Under the pieces are notes generated by a model. That model ran no database searches. It had not been told where the DNA came from and saw only the letters and a program-made list of their open reading frames with translations. A stretch of DNA of 54,556 nt. It comes from an uncultured Candidatus Saccharibacteria bacterium. Lineage in GTDB: Bacteria > Patescibacteriota > Minisyncoccia > Phycocordibacterales > Zambryskibacteraceae. The stretch lies in contig CAZXQA010000001.1 of NCBI GenBank assembly GCA_964642835.1, forward strand, positions 268,831-323,386, given 5' to 3'. A program made the position numbers and the translations under genes. Positions 9,104-18,554 of the stretch are shown one piece after another; within the stretch, counting starts at the first letter, position 1, and each line of letters begins with the position of its first letter.

Positions 9104-9479
9104 AGAGGGTTAATACTTTCACTTTTTCTATAAAATCTTCGAGAACTTTTTTTGTATTATTGAGCACTTCTTCGTTCCTATATCTCAGAATTTTGACTCC
9201 AAATTCTTGTTTAAGATTTTCATCACGCTCCTCGTCTCGCTCGATTTGAGTATTATGAATTTCACCGTCAATTTCTATGCCTAATTGCAGCTTCGCGCAG
9301 TAAAAGTCGATAATAAAATGACCGATCGGCTTCTGTCGAAGAAACGTGAGATGAGAAAATTGCTCACGCTTAAGGATATGTTTCCAAAAGTACTTCTCCG
9401 CTTCCGTCTGATTTTTCCGTAACTCTCCGGCTCGAGCTACGAGATTCTTATCGTAAGGAATGTAAGGATATTTGGGCAT
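9099..9479 (-). CDS. DUF559/Vsr-like endonuclease-domain protein
   Basis: The pattern LRKNQTEAEKYFWKHIL...FLRQKPIGHFIIDFYCAKLQLGIEIDGEIH...D..RD..L...G..ILRY is typical of DUF559 restriction-endonuclease-like proteins. It is visibly AT-richer than its neighbours. Confidence 0.85.
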   Translation of the reverse strand: MPKYPYIPYDKNLVARAGELRKNQTEAEKYFWKHILKREQFSHLTFLRQKPIGHFIIDFYCAKLQLGIEIDGEIHNTQIERDEERDENLKQEFGVKILRYRNEEVLNNTKKVLEDFIEKVKVLTLS

Positions 9480-9491
9480 TTCGCTCCTCTC

Positions 9492-9502
9492 CTTGATAAA
9501 GG
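9492..9502. repeat. right copy of inverted 11-mer flanking the DUF559 gene (inside hairpin 9487-9506)
   Basis: ctctcctt-gata-aaggagag is a perfect 8-bp hairpin containing cttgataaagg. It also supplies the AAGGAG RBS of the DUF559 gene. Confidence 0.4.
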
Positions 9503-9524
9503 AGAGGCTGGGAGAGGATTAGAT

Positions 9525-10670
9525 CTATTTCTCCACCTCGTGCTCCAATGCAATCTTCAAAATTTCTCCGGCGATGAGCTTGGCGGCATCTGGTTTATAG
9601 AAGGTCTTGTCCGCCTCCTGCATCTTCTCGCGAGCAGCAGGGTTCCCAACGAGACGATCGATCTCGGATTCTAAAATGTTTGGCGTGAGGTTATCTTCCT
9701 CAATCACCTCACATCCACCAGCGCGCGCGAAGGCAAAGGCGTTTGTATGCTGGTCATGAGCAGTACGCTTGTTAATAGGGATGATGATAGCTGGGACTCT
9801 CCACGCCGCGATTTCAAAGATGGTGGAGCCCGCCCGTGAGACGACTACCGTGGCTGCTCCGGCTGCCATACGCATCGCCAAATGGTTTAAGTAGTCGAAG
9901 GGCTTGTAGCGGTCCTTGTGCGGGGAGTCAAAGAGAATAGCCTCCGCCGTCGCCTTCACCTCTGCAATATTATTGGCTCCGGTCTGATGAATGATGGCAT
10001 ACTTCCCTACCAAGCTCTTCAACGCGGCGAGCACGGTGTCATTCACCCGACGGGCGCCTTGTGAGCCGCCGAGGATAAGAATGACCGGAATACCTTCCTC
10101 GATCTTTAAGAACTCGTGGGCACCAGCTGATGTCGGCATGGCGATTTCCCTCCTGATTGGCTGGCCGGTATGGACCGCTTTGCCGGCCGGGAACTTCGCC
10201 GAAGCGTCACGATACGAGACGGCCACTCGTGCCGCGAACTTACCAGCCCAAGCATTCACCTTCCCCGGAATAGTGTCTGACTCATGAATCACGACAGGGA
10301 TACGGAGAATACGCGCTGCGAGGAGTGCTGGGAAAGAAGCGTAGCCACCCTTACCGAAGACGACGTCCGGATAGAGTTGATACACTTGAATGACTGAAAC
10401 AAGGACGCCCCACCCTGTGCGAAAGAGGTCGAAGAAATTGCGAATCATTTTAAACACCCCTCCACCCAAGCGAATTTTGCCGGCACTGTTCTTCTTGTAG
10501 GTAATATTGTTCTCGTACAGGATCGCCTCGTTGTACGGCGTTGGCGACATGTAGAAAAGCTCGAGGTTAAGAAGGTGTTTCTCCTTAGCCAACGCGTTGA
10601 GTTCTTCCGCCACGGAAATAATCGGGTAAAAGTGTCCTCCCGTACCACCACCGGTAAATAAGATGCGCAT
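9525..10670 (-). CDS. murG: undecaprenyldiphospho-muramoylpentapeptide beta-N-acetylglucosaminyltransferase
   Basis: MRILFTGGGTGGHFYPIISVAEEL is the G-loop, and the C-terminal part has the GGSQGA and sugar-binding region. Confidence 0.93.
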   Translation of the reverse strand: MRILFTGGGTGGHFYPIISVAEELNALAKEKHLLNLELFYMSPTPYNEAILYENNITYKKNSAGKIRLGGGVFKMIRNFFDLFRTGWGVLVSVIQVYQLYPDVVFGKGGYASFPALLAARILRIPVVIHESDTIPGKVNAWAGKFAARVAVSYRDASAKFPAGKAVHTGQPIRREIAMPTSAGAHEFLKIEEGIPVILILGGSQGARRVNDTVLAALKSLVGKYAIIHQTGANNIAEVKATAEAILFDSPHKDRYKPFDYLNHLAMRMAAGAATVVVSRAGSTIFEIAAWRVPAIIIPINKRTAHDQHTNAFAFARAGGCEVIEEDNLTPNILESEIDRLVGNPAAREKMQEADKTFYKPDAAKLIAGEILKIALEHEVEK

Positions 10671-11767
10671 TAGACTTTTTGTGTTTTGGAAATGGCGAGC
10701 ACGACGCCAATCTCGAAGAGAGAAACGAAGAGCGAGGTGCCGCCGTGCGAAACGAAGGGCAAGGTAATACCCGAGAGCGGCAAGACCCCGAGCATGGCAC
10801 CGATGTTCACGAATGCCTGGGCAATAATCATTATAACAATTCCGATGACCACCAGTCTACCGAAGGTATTGGGCACCCGGGATGCCACCTTAAGTCCGCG
10901 TGTGGCAAAAAGGAGGAAGATGGTAAGGAGAAGGACGGAACCCACGAAGCCGAATTCCTCAGCCGCGACGGCAAAGATAGAGTCCCCGATCGGCTCAGGA
11001 AGGTAGGTGAACTTCTGGACACTCTTGCCATAGCCGCGGCCAAACATTTCTCCCGAACCAATAGCAATAAGCGACTGCTGGATCTGATATCCGGAGCCGA
11101 GCGCGTTGGCCGTTGGGTTGAGGAAGGTTTGAATGCGCTGCATGACGTACGGACGAGTGAACGCGAGAATACCCAAACCTAAGAGACCGCAGCAGCCCAA
11201 GATAAGGATCCAGCGCCACTGTCCGCCCGCGGCAATGTACATGGCAAAACCGGTGATGACGATAATGAGAAAAGTGTCAGTGTCCGGCTGCTGGAGAAGG
11301 AGTCCGCCACAAACACCCAGGAGAGCGAGCATGGGCACGAGGCCGCCTTTAATGTCTTTGACCTTATCCTTGGCGCTCGCGAGCCAGCCGGCGAAGTAGA
11401 GTACGAAAGCGAACTTGAGAATCTCCGAAGGTTGGAAGGAGACCCCTGCCACCATGATCCAGCGTCGCGCGCCGCCGTGTTCGAAGCCAATAGCCGGAAT
11501 GAGCACGAGAATGTTGAGGATGATGGCGAGGATGAAGATGTAGAACGCGGACTTTTTCCAAAAGGTGAAGTTCACGCGCGAGACCGCGATCATCGCGAGC
11601 GTACCGAGGAAGAGACCAAGGAAGGTTTGAGAGAACGTGACGCTCGAATAATTGGAATTCTCCTTAGCCAAGAGACCGAGAGAAGCTGAGGAGAAGATGA
11701 AGAACCCCATGACAATGAGGATCACGGTGATCACGAGGAATGTCTTGTCGACTTTGAGTTTGCTCAT
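10670..11767 (-). CDS. ftsW: SEDS family peptidoglycan polymerase/lipid II flippase FtsW/RodA
   Basis: Polytopic membrane protein with QPSE..K and LP..G.TLPF.S.GGTS motifs. Its stop overlaps the murG start. Confidence 0.9.
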   Translation of the reverse strand: MSKLKVDKTFLVITVILIVMGFFIFSSASLGLLAKENSNYSSVTFSQTFLGLFLGTLAMIAVSRVNFTFWKKSAFYIFILAIILNILVLIPAIGFEHGGARRWIMVAGVSFQPSEILKFAFVLYFAGWLASAKDKVKDIKGGLVPMLALLGVCGGLLLQQPDTDTFLIIVITGFAMYIAAGGQWRWILILGCCGLLGLGILAFTRPYVMQRIQTFLNPTANALGSGYQIQQSLIAIGSGEMFGRGYGKSVQKFTYLPEPIGDSIFAVAAEEFGFVGSVLLLTIFLLFATRGLKVASRVPNTFGRLVVIGIVIMIIAQAFVNIGAMLGVLPLSGITLPFVSHGGTSLFVSLFEIGVVLAISKTQKV

Positions 11768-11768
11768 C

Positions 11769-12836
11769 TTATTGGGTACTCGTTACCAGGGGCACCGCGT
11801 TGGCGCTCTCCACAATTTTGAAATTGACGCGACCGATAACTTGCCCGCTCGCGGTCTTTACATCCACGCGCCAGTTGCCGGGTGTGAAATTAAATTTGCT
11901 CGAGTAGGTACGGAAGCCACCAGAGCGCCCGCCGACAAGCTTAAGAGGAATGCGCGTTGCCGTGACCCACTTCCCTTCGGCATCCTCGTACTGCCAGTCA
12001 TGTTCGATATCCGCCGAGGACAAGGCGCCTGGCGAGTAAATGGCCGTATAGACATAGAGCGGATCTCCGGGACGCCAATGAATCGTGGGGCGAAGCGTGA
12101 AGTATTTCTCCACTCCCCTCACCTCTTCGGTAAGAACGTAATTCCCGCGGCTATCCTTGGAAAGATCATGATAGACGCCTGCTTCCTGGAGCGAGAGCGG
12201 AATGGGTGGAATGAGGTTCGTGAAGTAGAGACCGTTTACCAAAATATAGATTGCGACAATGAAGCTCCACACGTGCGTACGACTCTCAAGGAATTTCTCT
12301 TTAGCAAACTTGTTAAGGAGTTTAATAAAGAACCAGATAGCGATGAGGCTCGCCCCGCCGGAGAGAATGAAGACGGAAGGACCGATCTTCCCTACGGCCA
12401 AGGGTACGAGGAAAATACTCACAGAGAAACACGAGAAGTACAAGAAGGAAATCTGGAATGCGAGCCGCGCGTACCGCTTCTGGAAAAATTCGTTCGCGAG
12501 AAGCGCGAAGAGGAGCAGCATAAGGAAGGGCCACGTCACCGCGATCGTTGTTGAGCGCAAGTAGAAGACGAAGATGGAACCTAAGAGGGCACCGAAGCTG
12601 AACTGCAAAATGTTCGGCGTCCAGAATCCTTCATCCTCATCCGAACGACGACTCAAGAGGATAATGCAGAGTGCCGCGATACAAAGGTTCGAAGCAATCC
12701 AGAGATTATCATAGAAGTTATCAATGCCTTGGAGCGTGAGCGAGTCGATAATGAAGCCCACAATAAGCGAGGAAACGGAAATCTTCCGCTCGTTGTATTC
12801 GTACCAGTGCTTGAGACTGTTGATTCGTTTTCCCAT
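11769..12836 (-). CDS. polytopic membrane protein with C-terminal DUF2914-like beta domain
   Basis: About 6 TM helices precede a soluble C-terminus (GGFRTYSSKFNFTPGNWRVDVKTASGQVIGRVNFKIV). From memory this resembles DUF2914. Confidence 0.7.
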   Translation of the reverse strand: MGKRINSLKHWYEYNERKISVSSLIVGFIIDSLTLQGIDNFYDNLWIASNLCIAALCIILLSRRSDEDEGFWTPNILQFSFGALLGSIFVFYLRSTTIAVTWPFLMLLLFALLANEFFQKRYARLAFQISFLYFSCFSVSIFLVPLAVGKIGPSVFILSGGASLIAIWFFIKLLNKFAKEKFLESRTHVWSFIVAIYILVNGLYFTNLIPPIPLSLQEAGVYHDLSKDSRGNYVLTEEVRGVEKYFTLRPTIHWRPGDPLYVYTAIYSPGALSSADIEHDWQYEDAEGKWVTATRIPLKLVGGRSGGFRTYSSKFNFTPGNWRVDVKTASGQVIGRVNFKIVESANAVPLVTSTQ

Positions 12837-12857
12837 TTCACTTAATAGTAAACCAAA

Positions 12858-13910
12858 TCAGCTCACAACGTAGAGGATAACTCCGGTGATCGCACAAATG
12901 ACCGAGACGATCCAGTAGCGCATGACGACCTTCTCGCGCGGCCAGCCTAAGGCTTGGAAGTGGTGATGGAGCGGAGCGACGCGGAAGACGCGACGTTTGT
13001 TGAAGTATTTATAGCAATTAACCTGGACAATGACCGAGAAGGAGGTGGCTACGAGAGGTAAGGCAATAATCGGAAGGAGCAGCACTGCGTTCGTGAGGAA
13101 GGCAATAACCGCGAGAAGCACTGTTAAGGAAAGCATGCCCGTCTCTCCCATGTAGAAGCGCGCGGGCGGCACATTGAACCAGAGGAAGGCGAGAATAGCT
13201 CCCGCCACCGCTCCCGAGAGAGCCGAGATGTCATACTGACTGCCGATAAAGGCGATAACCGCGAAGGCAGTGAAGGCCGAGGCGAGGACACCGCCCGCCA
13301 AGCCGTCGATCCCGTCGATGACCGAGGTCGAGAAGGTGGCCAAAACAACAAGCACGAAAAGTGGGATGAAGAGGATCCCGAGCTGCCACTCTCCGTCGAA
13401 CGGAATATGGATCGAGACAAAGCCTAATTTAAAGTAAAACCACGACGCGACAGCAAGTCCGATAAGCGTCACGAAGACGACCTTCACCTTGCGATAGATA
13501 AGCGGATCCTTGGCGTAACTCCCCTGCCCAAAGATCTGTAAGAGGTCATCGGCCAAGCCAATAAACGCCGCCATAAAGAACGCGCCGAGCGGCACGAGCG
13601 TCTGCGAGCGACTAAAGAAGTTCAACTGGCCCAAGAACTCGGTGGGTAAGAAATACGAGAGCGCGTAGATAATCGCCACGGTAAGCGCGACGCCTACCCA
13701 AATGATCATGCCGCCGATGCGCGGGGTCGAGACCTCGTGGTCGGTGTTGTGGATCTTCGCGAAGGTGTCGGAGACGCCATCCGCGTTGTGAATGCGGGCG
13801 CTCTTCTTCCACATTTTATATTTGTAGAAGTAACGAGTGAAGAAAGGCGTAATACCAAAGCCAATAAAGAAGGAGAGAGCCGTCGGCGCAATAATCTTGA
13901 GAATATCCAT
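12858..13910 (-). CDS. mraY: phospho-N-acetylmuramoyl-pentapeptide-transferase
   Basis: The motifs GLADDLLQI, IDGIDGLAGG, NVPPARFYMGETG and APLHHHFQALGW are MraY hallmarks. Confidence 0.93.
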   Translation of the reverse strand: MDILKIIAPTALSFFIGFGITPFFTRYFYKYKMWKKSARIHNADGVSDTFAKIHNTDHEVSTPRIGGMIIWVGVALTVAIIYALSYFLPTEFLGQLNFFSRSQTLVPLGAFFMAAFIGLADDLLQIFGQGSYAKDPLIYRKVKVVFVTLIGLAVASWFYFKLGFVSIHIPFDGEWQLGILFIPLFVLVVLATFSTSVIDGIDGLAGGVLASAFTAFAVIAFIGSQYDISALSGAVAGAILAFLWFNVPPARFYMGETGMLSLTVLLAVIAFLTNAVLLLPIIALPLVATSFSVIVQVNCYKYFNKRRVFRVAPLHHHFQALGWPREKVVMRYWIVSVICAITGVILYVVS

Positions 13911-13913
13911 GAC

Positions 13914-15734
13914 CTATTTTTGTATGAAGGTATTGTACCAGATGGCCAAGATGAGGAGGAGGTAAATCTTGCGCGAGTTGTCGGCCCGGCCAGAAACATG
14001 AGCGGCGATAAGCTCACGAATCTCCCCCACATCGAGATGCTCCTTGATATAGGAATTCTCCACAACGACCTCGTAGAGATCTTCGCGTTCACGGGTAAAC
14101 CACGTACGTACCGGCGTCGGGAAACCGAGCTTCTTTCTCGTGCGCGTCGACTCCGGCAAAACGCTCTGGAAAGCTTCGCGCAAGAGATACTTCGTCACGC
14201 CGTTTCTCCACTTGAAGCGGTCCGGCAAGGTCGCCGCGAGCTTGGCCACGACGACATCGAGGAAGGGCACGCGAAGCTCAAGCGAGTGAGCCATGGTCAT
14301 CTTGTCCGCCTTCGCCAAAATGTCTCCGACAAGCCACGTGTGGATGTCGATGTATTGCATCTTCACGGAATCACTCTGGCCAGAGACATCGGCATAGAGT
14401 TTCTTAAGCGAGAAGGTGTCTTCACTCTCCCCCTTCCAAAGCGCGCGCACTTCCGATGGTTTGAAGATGGAGGCGTTGCCGATATATCTCTCTTCGAGAC
14501 GCGTGAGCAGGCGGTTCGCGAAATTGCGGCCACGGAACGGCAGTTTGGAAATAATCTTTAGAATAAAGGAGGGCACCCAGGCCACTTTCTGGCGGGCAAA
14601 CGGCTCAAGATAAATGTTGTAGCCGCCAAAGAATTCGTCAGAACCCTCTCCGGAGAGGACCACCTTCACGTGCTTACGAGCTTCACGAGCGAGAAAGTAG
14701 AGACCAATCGCGGAAGGGTCAGCCACCGGCTCGTCGAAGTGATATACGGCTTTAGGCAAAGCTTCGAAATACTCGTCCGCGGATACGGTCAGCTCGGTGT
14801 GATCCGTCCCTAGAGGTTCTGCGGTCTCCTTGGCCTCCTTCCCCTCAGTAAGAGAGCTGAAGCCGACCGTGAACGTTTTGATTTTCTTCTCACCACGAAT
14901 CCGTTGCATGAGCGTCGCGATGATGGAGGAATCAATGCCACCCGAGAGGAAGGAACCAACCGGCACGTCGGCGATCATGTGGTGCGCCACGGAGTCTTCC
15001 ATCGTTTCGAAAATGGTGCGCTTCGTCTCCTCTTCGTCGAGTCGCTCCTGAGGATGGAAGGCGAACTTGAAGTACCTCGTGATTTCAAAGACACTGGTCG
15101 TGAGATCGATGGTGAGGAAGTGCCCTGGCGCGAGTTTGTACACGCCTTTGAAAAAGGTTTCCTCAAGCGGATTGTATTGATACGAAAGATAGTTATAAAC
15201 CGCGGCGTCATTGACCTCCGGCTTAAAGGCCTTAAGAGAAAGGATGCTCTTGATCTCGGAGGAAAAGGCGGCAATCTTGTTCCCACGCTTCCAGTAGTAG
15301 AGCGGCTTAATGCCGAAGGGGTCACGGGCGATGACGAGCTTATGCGCCACCGTGTCATAGATCGAGACCGCGAACATCCCTCGCAGTTTATTGAAGCCTC
15401 CTGTTCCCTCACGCTCAAAGAGCTGGAGAATCACTTCCGTATCACTCTTTGTAGCAAATACCGCTCCCGCGGCCTCGAGCTTCGCCTTGAGTTCCTGATA
15501 GTTATAAATCTCACCGTTAAAGAAGATGACATAACGCCCATTCGCGGAGGTCATCGGTTGGCGCCCGCTCTCAAGATCGATGATGGCGAGACGACGCATC
15601 CCCAAGCCCACGTGGTCGTCGACAAAGAAGCCATCGTCATCGGGGCCGCGGTGCGCGATGCAACGCGTCATCTTTTGGATAGCTTCCTCGAGTCCTTCTA
15701 TTTGCGAATCAGTGATGCCGGTGATGCCACACAT
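13914..15734 (-). CDS. asnB: asparagine synthase (glutamine-hydrolysing) family amidotransferase
   Basis: N-terminal MCGI is the Ntn Cys. SFLSGGIDSS is the PP-loop. It is 606 aa long. Confidence 0.9.
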   Translation of the reverse strand: MCGITGITDSQIEGLEEAIQKMTRCIAHRGPDDDGFFVDDHVGLGMRRLAIIDLESGRQPMTSANGRYVIFFNGEIYNYQELKAKLEAAGAVFATKSDTEVILQLFEREGTGGFNKLRGMFAVSIYDTVAHKLVIARDPFGIKPLYYWKRGNKIAAFSSEIKSILSLKAFKPEVNDAAVYNYLSYQYNPLEETFFKGVYKLAPGHFLTIDLTTSVFEITRYFKFAFHPQERLDEEETKRTIFETMEDSVAHHMIADVPVGSFLSGGIDSSIIATLMQRIRGEKKIKTFTVGFSSLTEGKEAKETAEPLGTDHTELTVSADEYFEALPKAVYHFDEPVADPSAIGLYFLAREARKHVKVVLSGEGSDEFFGGYNIYLEPFARQKVAWVPSFILKIISKLPFRGRNFANRLLTRLEERYIGNASIFKPSEVRALWKGESEDTFSLKKLYADVSGQSDSVKMQYIDIHTWLVGDILAKADKMTMAHSLELRVPFLDVVVAKLAATLPDRFKWRNGVTKYLLREAFQSVLPESTRTRKKLGFPTPVRTWFTREREDLYEVVVENSYIKEHLDVGEIRELIAAHVSGRADNSRKIYLLLILAIWYNTFIQK

Positions 15735-15736
15735 AA

Positions 15737-16678
15737 TTATTGGGTATGAATATACTGCATCGTCGCGTTGATAAGCTTCGCCGCGTCGGCAAAGCGTCCT
15801 TCCGCCGAGGACCCGAGCACCGTAATAACGATTGGCCGCCCCAACTCAGGGTCGAAGGCAAACGTCACATTACCACCCGCGATGTCGGTGAAGCCAGTCT
15901 TCGACCCCAAGACGCCCGGGATGCCGCTCACGAGCATATTGGTGTTCTTGGCCTCATGAGTGGCACTCATGGAGGCAACGGTAGTCGCCACTTCGCGCGT
16001 GGCTTCGAGAGCCTCAGGGTGCGTCTCCAGAAAGTATCCGAGAAGCTTCGAGACATCCTCCGCGCTCCCATAGGCTCCGTTCTTGACGCTCGACTCATCG
16101 AGGCCGGTTTCGTTCCAGAAATAGGTGTTCTTGAGACCGAGTTCGGAAGCCTTTTCATTCATCTTGAGGACAAATGCTCCCAGACGCTCGTCGTCGGTGG
16201 CCATCGCCTTGTCGAGAGCGGCCAAGGAGAGCGCCACGGCACGGATCCCGTCATTACTTGAGGTAAGAAGCGAGAAGTCGAGCAAATTCTTGAGAGTCCA
16301 CTTCTCCTCGGAGAGAAGCCCGCTGTCACCATAATTCTCAAGCGCTTTGTTGGTCACCTTCACCGTCCCGTATGACGTGGGAGAGAGATCGAGCGCCACC
16401 ACCGCAGACATGAGCTTAGCGATTGAGGCGAGCGGCAGACGAGTCTCCGGGTTCTTCTCATAGAGCACCTTGCCGGTCCGCAAGTCATACACATACGCGC
16501 TCTTGGCTTCGAGGGTCACGGTCGGGAAGGTCGCGGCGAGTCTCGTCGGCACGGAGACGCTCCCCCGTTCTACCCGCGTTCCCAGAACAAAAGAGACGAG
16601 GATAAAGAAGGCGAGCGCTCCCGCGATGATGAAAAAGAATCTCGTCTCCGTTTCTCTGTTGGGGAAAATATTATCCAT
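15737..16678 (-). CDS. serine-type D-Ala-D-Ala carboxypeptidase (S11, PBP5-like)
   Basis: An N-terminal TM anchor is followed by SIAK (SxxK), SSN (SxN) and KTGFT (KTG). Confidence 0.88.
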   Translation of the reverse strand: MDNIFPNRETETRFFFIIAGALAFFILVSFVLGTRVERGSVSVPTRLAATFPTVTLEAKSAYVYDLRTGKVLYEKNPETRLPLASIAKLMSAVVALDLSPTSYGTVKVTNKALENYGDSGLLSEEKWTLKNLLDFSLLTSSNDGIRAVALSLAALDKAMATDDERLGAFVLKMNEKASELGLKNTYFWNETGLDESSVKNGAYGSAEDVSKLLGYFLETHPEALEATREVATTVASMSATHEAKNTNMLVSGIPGVLGSKTGFTDIAGGNVTFAFDPELGRPIVITVLGSSAEGRFADAAKLINATMQYIHTQ

Positions 16679-17225
16679 TGGTTTCTTGAGACGCGTCTTC
16701 CGCTTTTACAAAGGCTTCGAGCGACTGCCAGGCGGTCGCGTATTCCGGCAAGGCCTCCTTGTTCGTCACGCCCAAATGTTCAAAGAGTTTGAGGGTTGGC
16801 TTGTAGGTGAAGCTGCGCTCCCCCGTCGTGCTGTCAGTCCGCTCGATAAGTCCGCGGATAAGAAGATTGCGCAAAATAAATCCCGAGTTCACCCCACGGA
16901 TCTGGTCAATCTCGCGTCGCGAGACCGGACCTCGATAGAGAATGACGGCCAAGGTCTCAAGCCCAGCACGACCAAGTTCGCGGGAGACCTCCTCCTTCTG
17001 GAGCTTCTCAATGAGCGCGGTGTTGGCCGGACTCGTGCCGAAGCTCCAGAGCTCTCCGTCGGTCACAAGGACGATGCCGCGCTCGCGATAGGCCTCGGCG
17101 AGGCTCGCGAGCGCGGCCGTGACGTCTCCCGTGTTCGCACCCGTGAGCGCGGCCAAAGTCTTCACCGAGACAGGCTCGCTCTGGTAGAAGAGGGCGGATT
17201 CAAGCAATGATTCGAGGTTAGGCAT
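16671..17225 (-). CDS. scpB: segregation and condensation protein B
   Basis: LESALFYQSEPVSVKTLA...RGVNSGFILRNLLIRGLIE is typical ScpB. It overlaps scpA by 8 nt. Confidence 0.9.
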   Translation of the reverse strand: MPNLESLLESALFYQSEPVSVKTLAALTGANTGDVTAALASLAEAYRERGIVLVTDGELWSFGTSPANTALIEKLQKEEVSRELGRAGLETLAVILYRGPVSRREIDQIRGVNSGFILRNLLIRGLIERTDSTTGERSFTYKPTLKLFEHLGVTNKEALPEYATAWQSLEAFVKAEDASQETNG

Positions 17226-17991
17226 AGGTCGGTGTCGTCACGATATCGGTTTCCATCTCGATCTCTCCCCCGTTCTCCTGCGTCACTCTGATGGCTCCGC
17301 GCTTAACAAGTTCAAGCATAGCAAGAAAGCCGACGATAATCGAAACTTTCTTCTCTTGCGTCATCTCTCCCATTGAACTCCCGTTCAGGGAGTTCAATCC
17401 ATGGAAATCCTTGAAGGACATGCGGCTCACCTTGCTCACGCGCTCGGAGAGTCGCTCGATCATTTCTTCGAGGCTAATCACCTTCCGCACCGTCACCTTC
17501 GGCAAGATATCTCTCTTCGGGAGAGTCATAATGACACGCTCGAGAGCGGCGAGGAGATTCGTCGTATCGGTCTTTGAGTCCGGAGCAAAGATGTTCCCCA
17601 CAAACTTGCGCGGCTCCTTCTCAAAGATAACCTGCGTGCCATAGCGCCCCTTCAGGAGGGCGGCGAGCTCTTTGACGCGCGAGTAGATCACGAGGCGGCT
17701 CTCCAAATCATCGATACTACTCTCCTCTTCAGTCGTAAGTTGTAAGCTCGGCAGAAGCGAGCGCGACTTAATGAGCATGAGGGTCGAGGCGACGAGGATA
17801 AACTCCGCGCTCTCCGAGAGCGGGAACCCACCACTCTCCTTCTCTCGCTCTTCGATATAGCAGATGAAGTCATCTGTCACCTGGGCCAAGGACACGTCGT
17901 TGACGAAGAGTTTGCGCTTTGTGACAAGCTCCAAGAGGACGTCGAGCGGCCCTTCAAACACCTGAGTCTTCACCTGATACGTGCCTTCCAT
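17218..17991 (-). CDS. scpA: segregation and condensation protein A
   Basis: VFEGPLDVLLELVTKRKLFVNDVSLAQVTDDF is the kleisin N-terminal motif. Confidence 0.9.
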   Translation of the reverse strand: MEGTYQVKTQVFEGPLDVLLELVTKRKLFVNDVSLAQVTDDFICYIEEREKESGGFPLSESAEFILVASTLMLIKSRSLLPSLQLTTEEESSIDDLESRLVIYSRVKELAALLKGRYGTQVIFEKEPRKFVGNIFAPDSKTDTTNLLAALERVIMTLPKRDILPKVTVRKVISLEEMIERLSERVSKVSRMSFKDFHGLNSLNGSSMGEMTQEKKVSIIVGFLAMLELVKRGAIRVTQENGGEIEMETDIVTTPTYA

Positions 17992-18027
17992 AATTGAGGC
18001 TTATTATAGCGTTTTTGAACAGTTTCC

Positions 18028-18066
18028 CCAAATAAATAAGCGCCGATCCAGAAGGACCGGCGCTCT
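18028..18066 (-). terminator. intrinsic terminator
   Basis: On the minus strand, the gcgccgg...ccggcgc-type hairpin (18041-18064) is followed by ttatttattt. Confidence 0.55.
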
Positions 18067-18071
18067 CAGAC

Positions 18072-18452
18072 TCACGGAATCAGGAAGCGTACAGACAGAC
18101 AGATATATGGAACGTCAACACTTCCTTCGTCCCCCATGCCATGATCAAGACTCTCAGTCTCAACCACATCCTTCCGTTCGAATTGAAGGCCTTGTTCCTG
18201 ACTCAACTCGGCGTACCACTCAATTGCCTTTTCGTCGACTCGGTCTTTTCGATACTTGAAATCGACGCGATCTCGACCTTCTTGAGCCGCCCTAATGAGA
18301 GCGTCAACAAGCTGGCCACGGGCATCGACGCGCCGCATCTGCTGATTGGCCTCATCTCGTTCTTTTGAGATTGCATCCCGCAGAGCTTTGATTGTTTCGC
18401 CCCGCTTGTAAGACGTGGTAGCCAGTGTTCTCAAATCTGATAAGATCGACAT
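18072..18452 (-). CDS. hypothetical protein
   Basis: I prefer the ATG at 18452 (MSILSDL), which is preceded by AAGGGGGTG. The ORF track start is 18488. Confidence 0.6.
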   Translation of the reverse strand: MSILSDLRTLATTSYKRGETIKALRDAISKERDEANQQMRRVDARGQLVDALIRAAQEGRDRVDFKYRKDRVDEKAIEWYAELSQEQGLQFERKDVVETESLDHGMGDEGSVDVPYICLSVRFLIP

Positions 18453-18523
18453 CTCACACCCCCTTTTTTCTGAGTGAGATAGTAACAAAAAATGCTACGA
18501 TAAACCACCCCGTGTGCCGAATA

Positions 18524-18552
18524 GCAAAAAAGCCCCTCACGGGGCTTTTTTG
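18524..18552. terminator. bidirectional intrinsic terminator (downstream of aspS)
   Basis: aaaaaagcccc-tcac-ggggctttttt. Confidence 0.85.
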
Positions 18553-18554
18553 CT

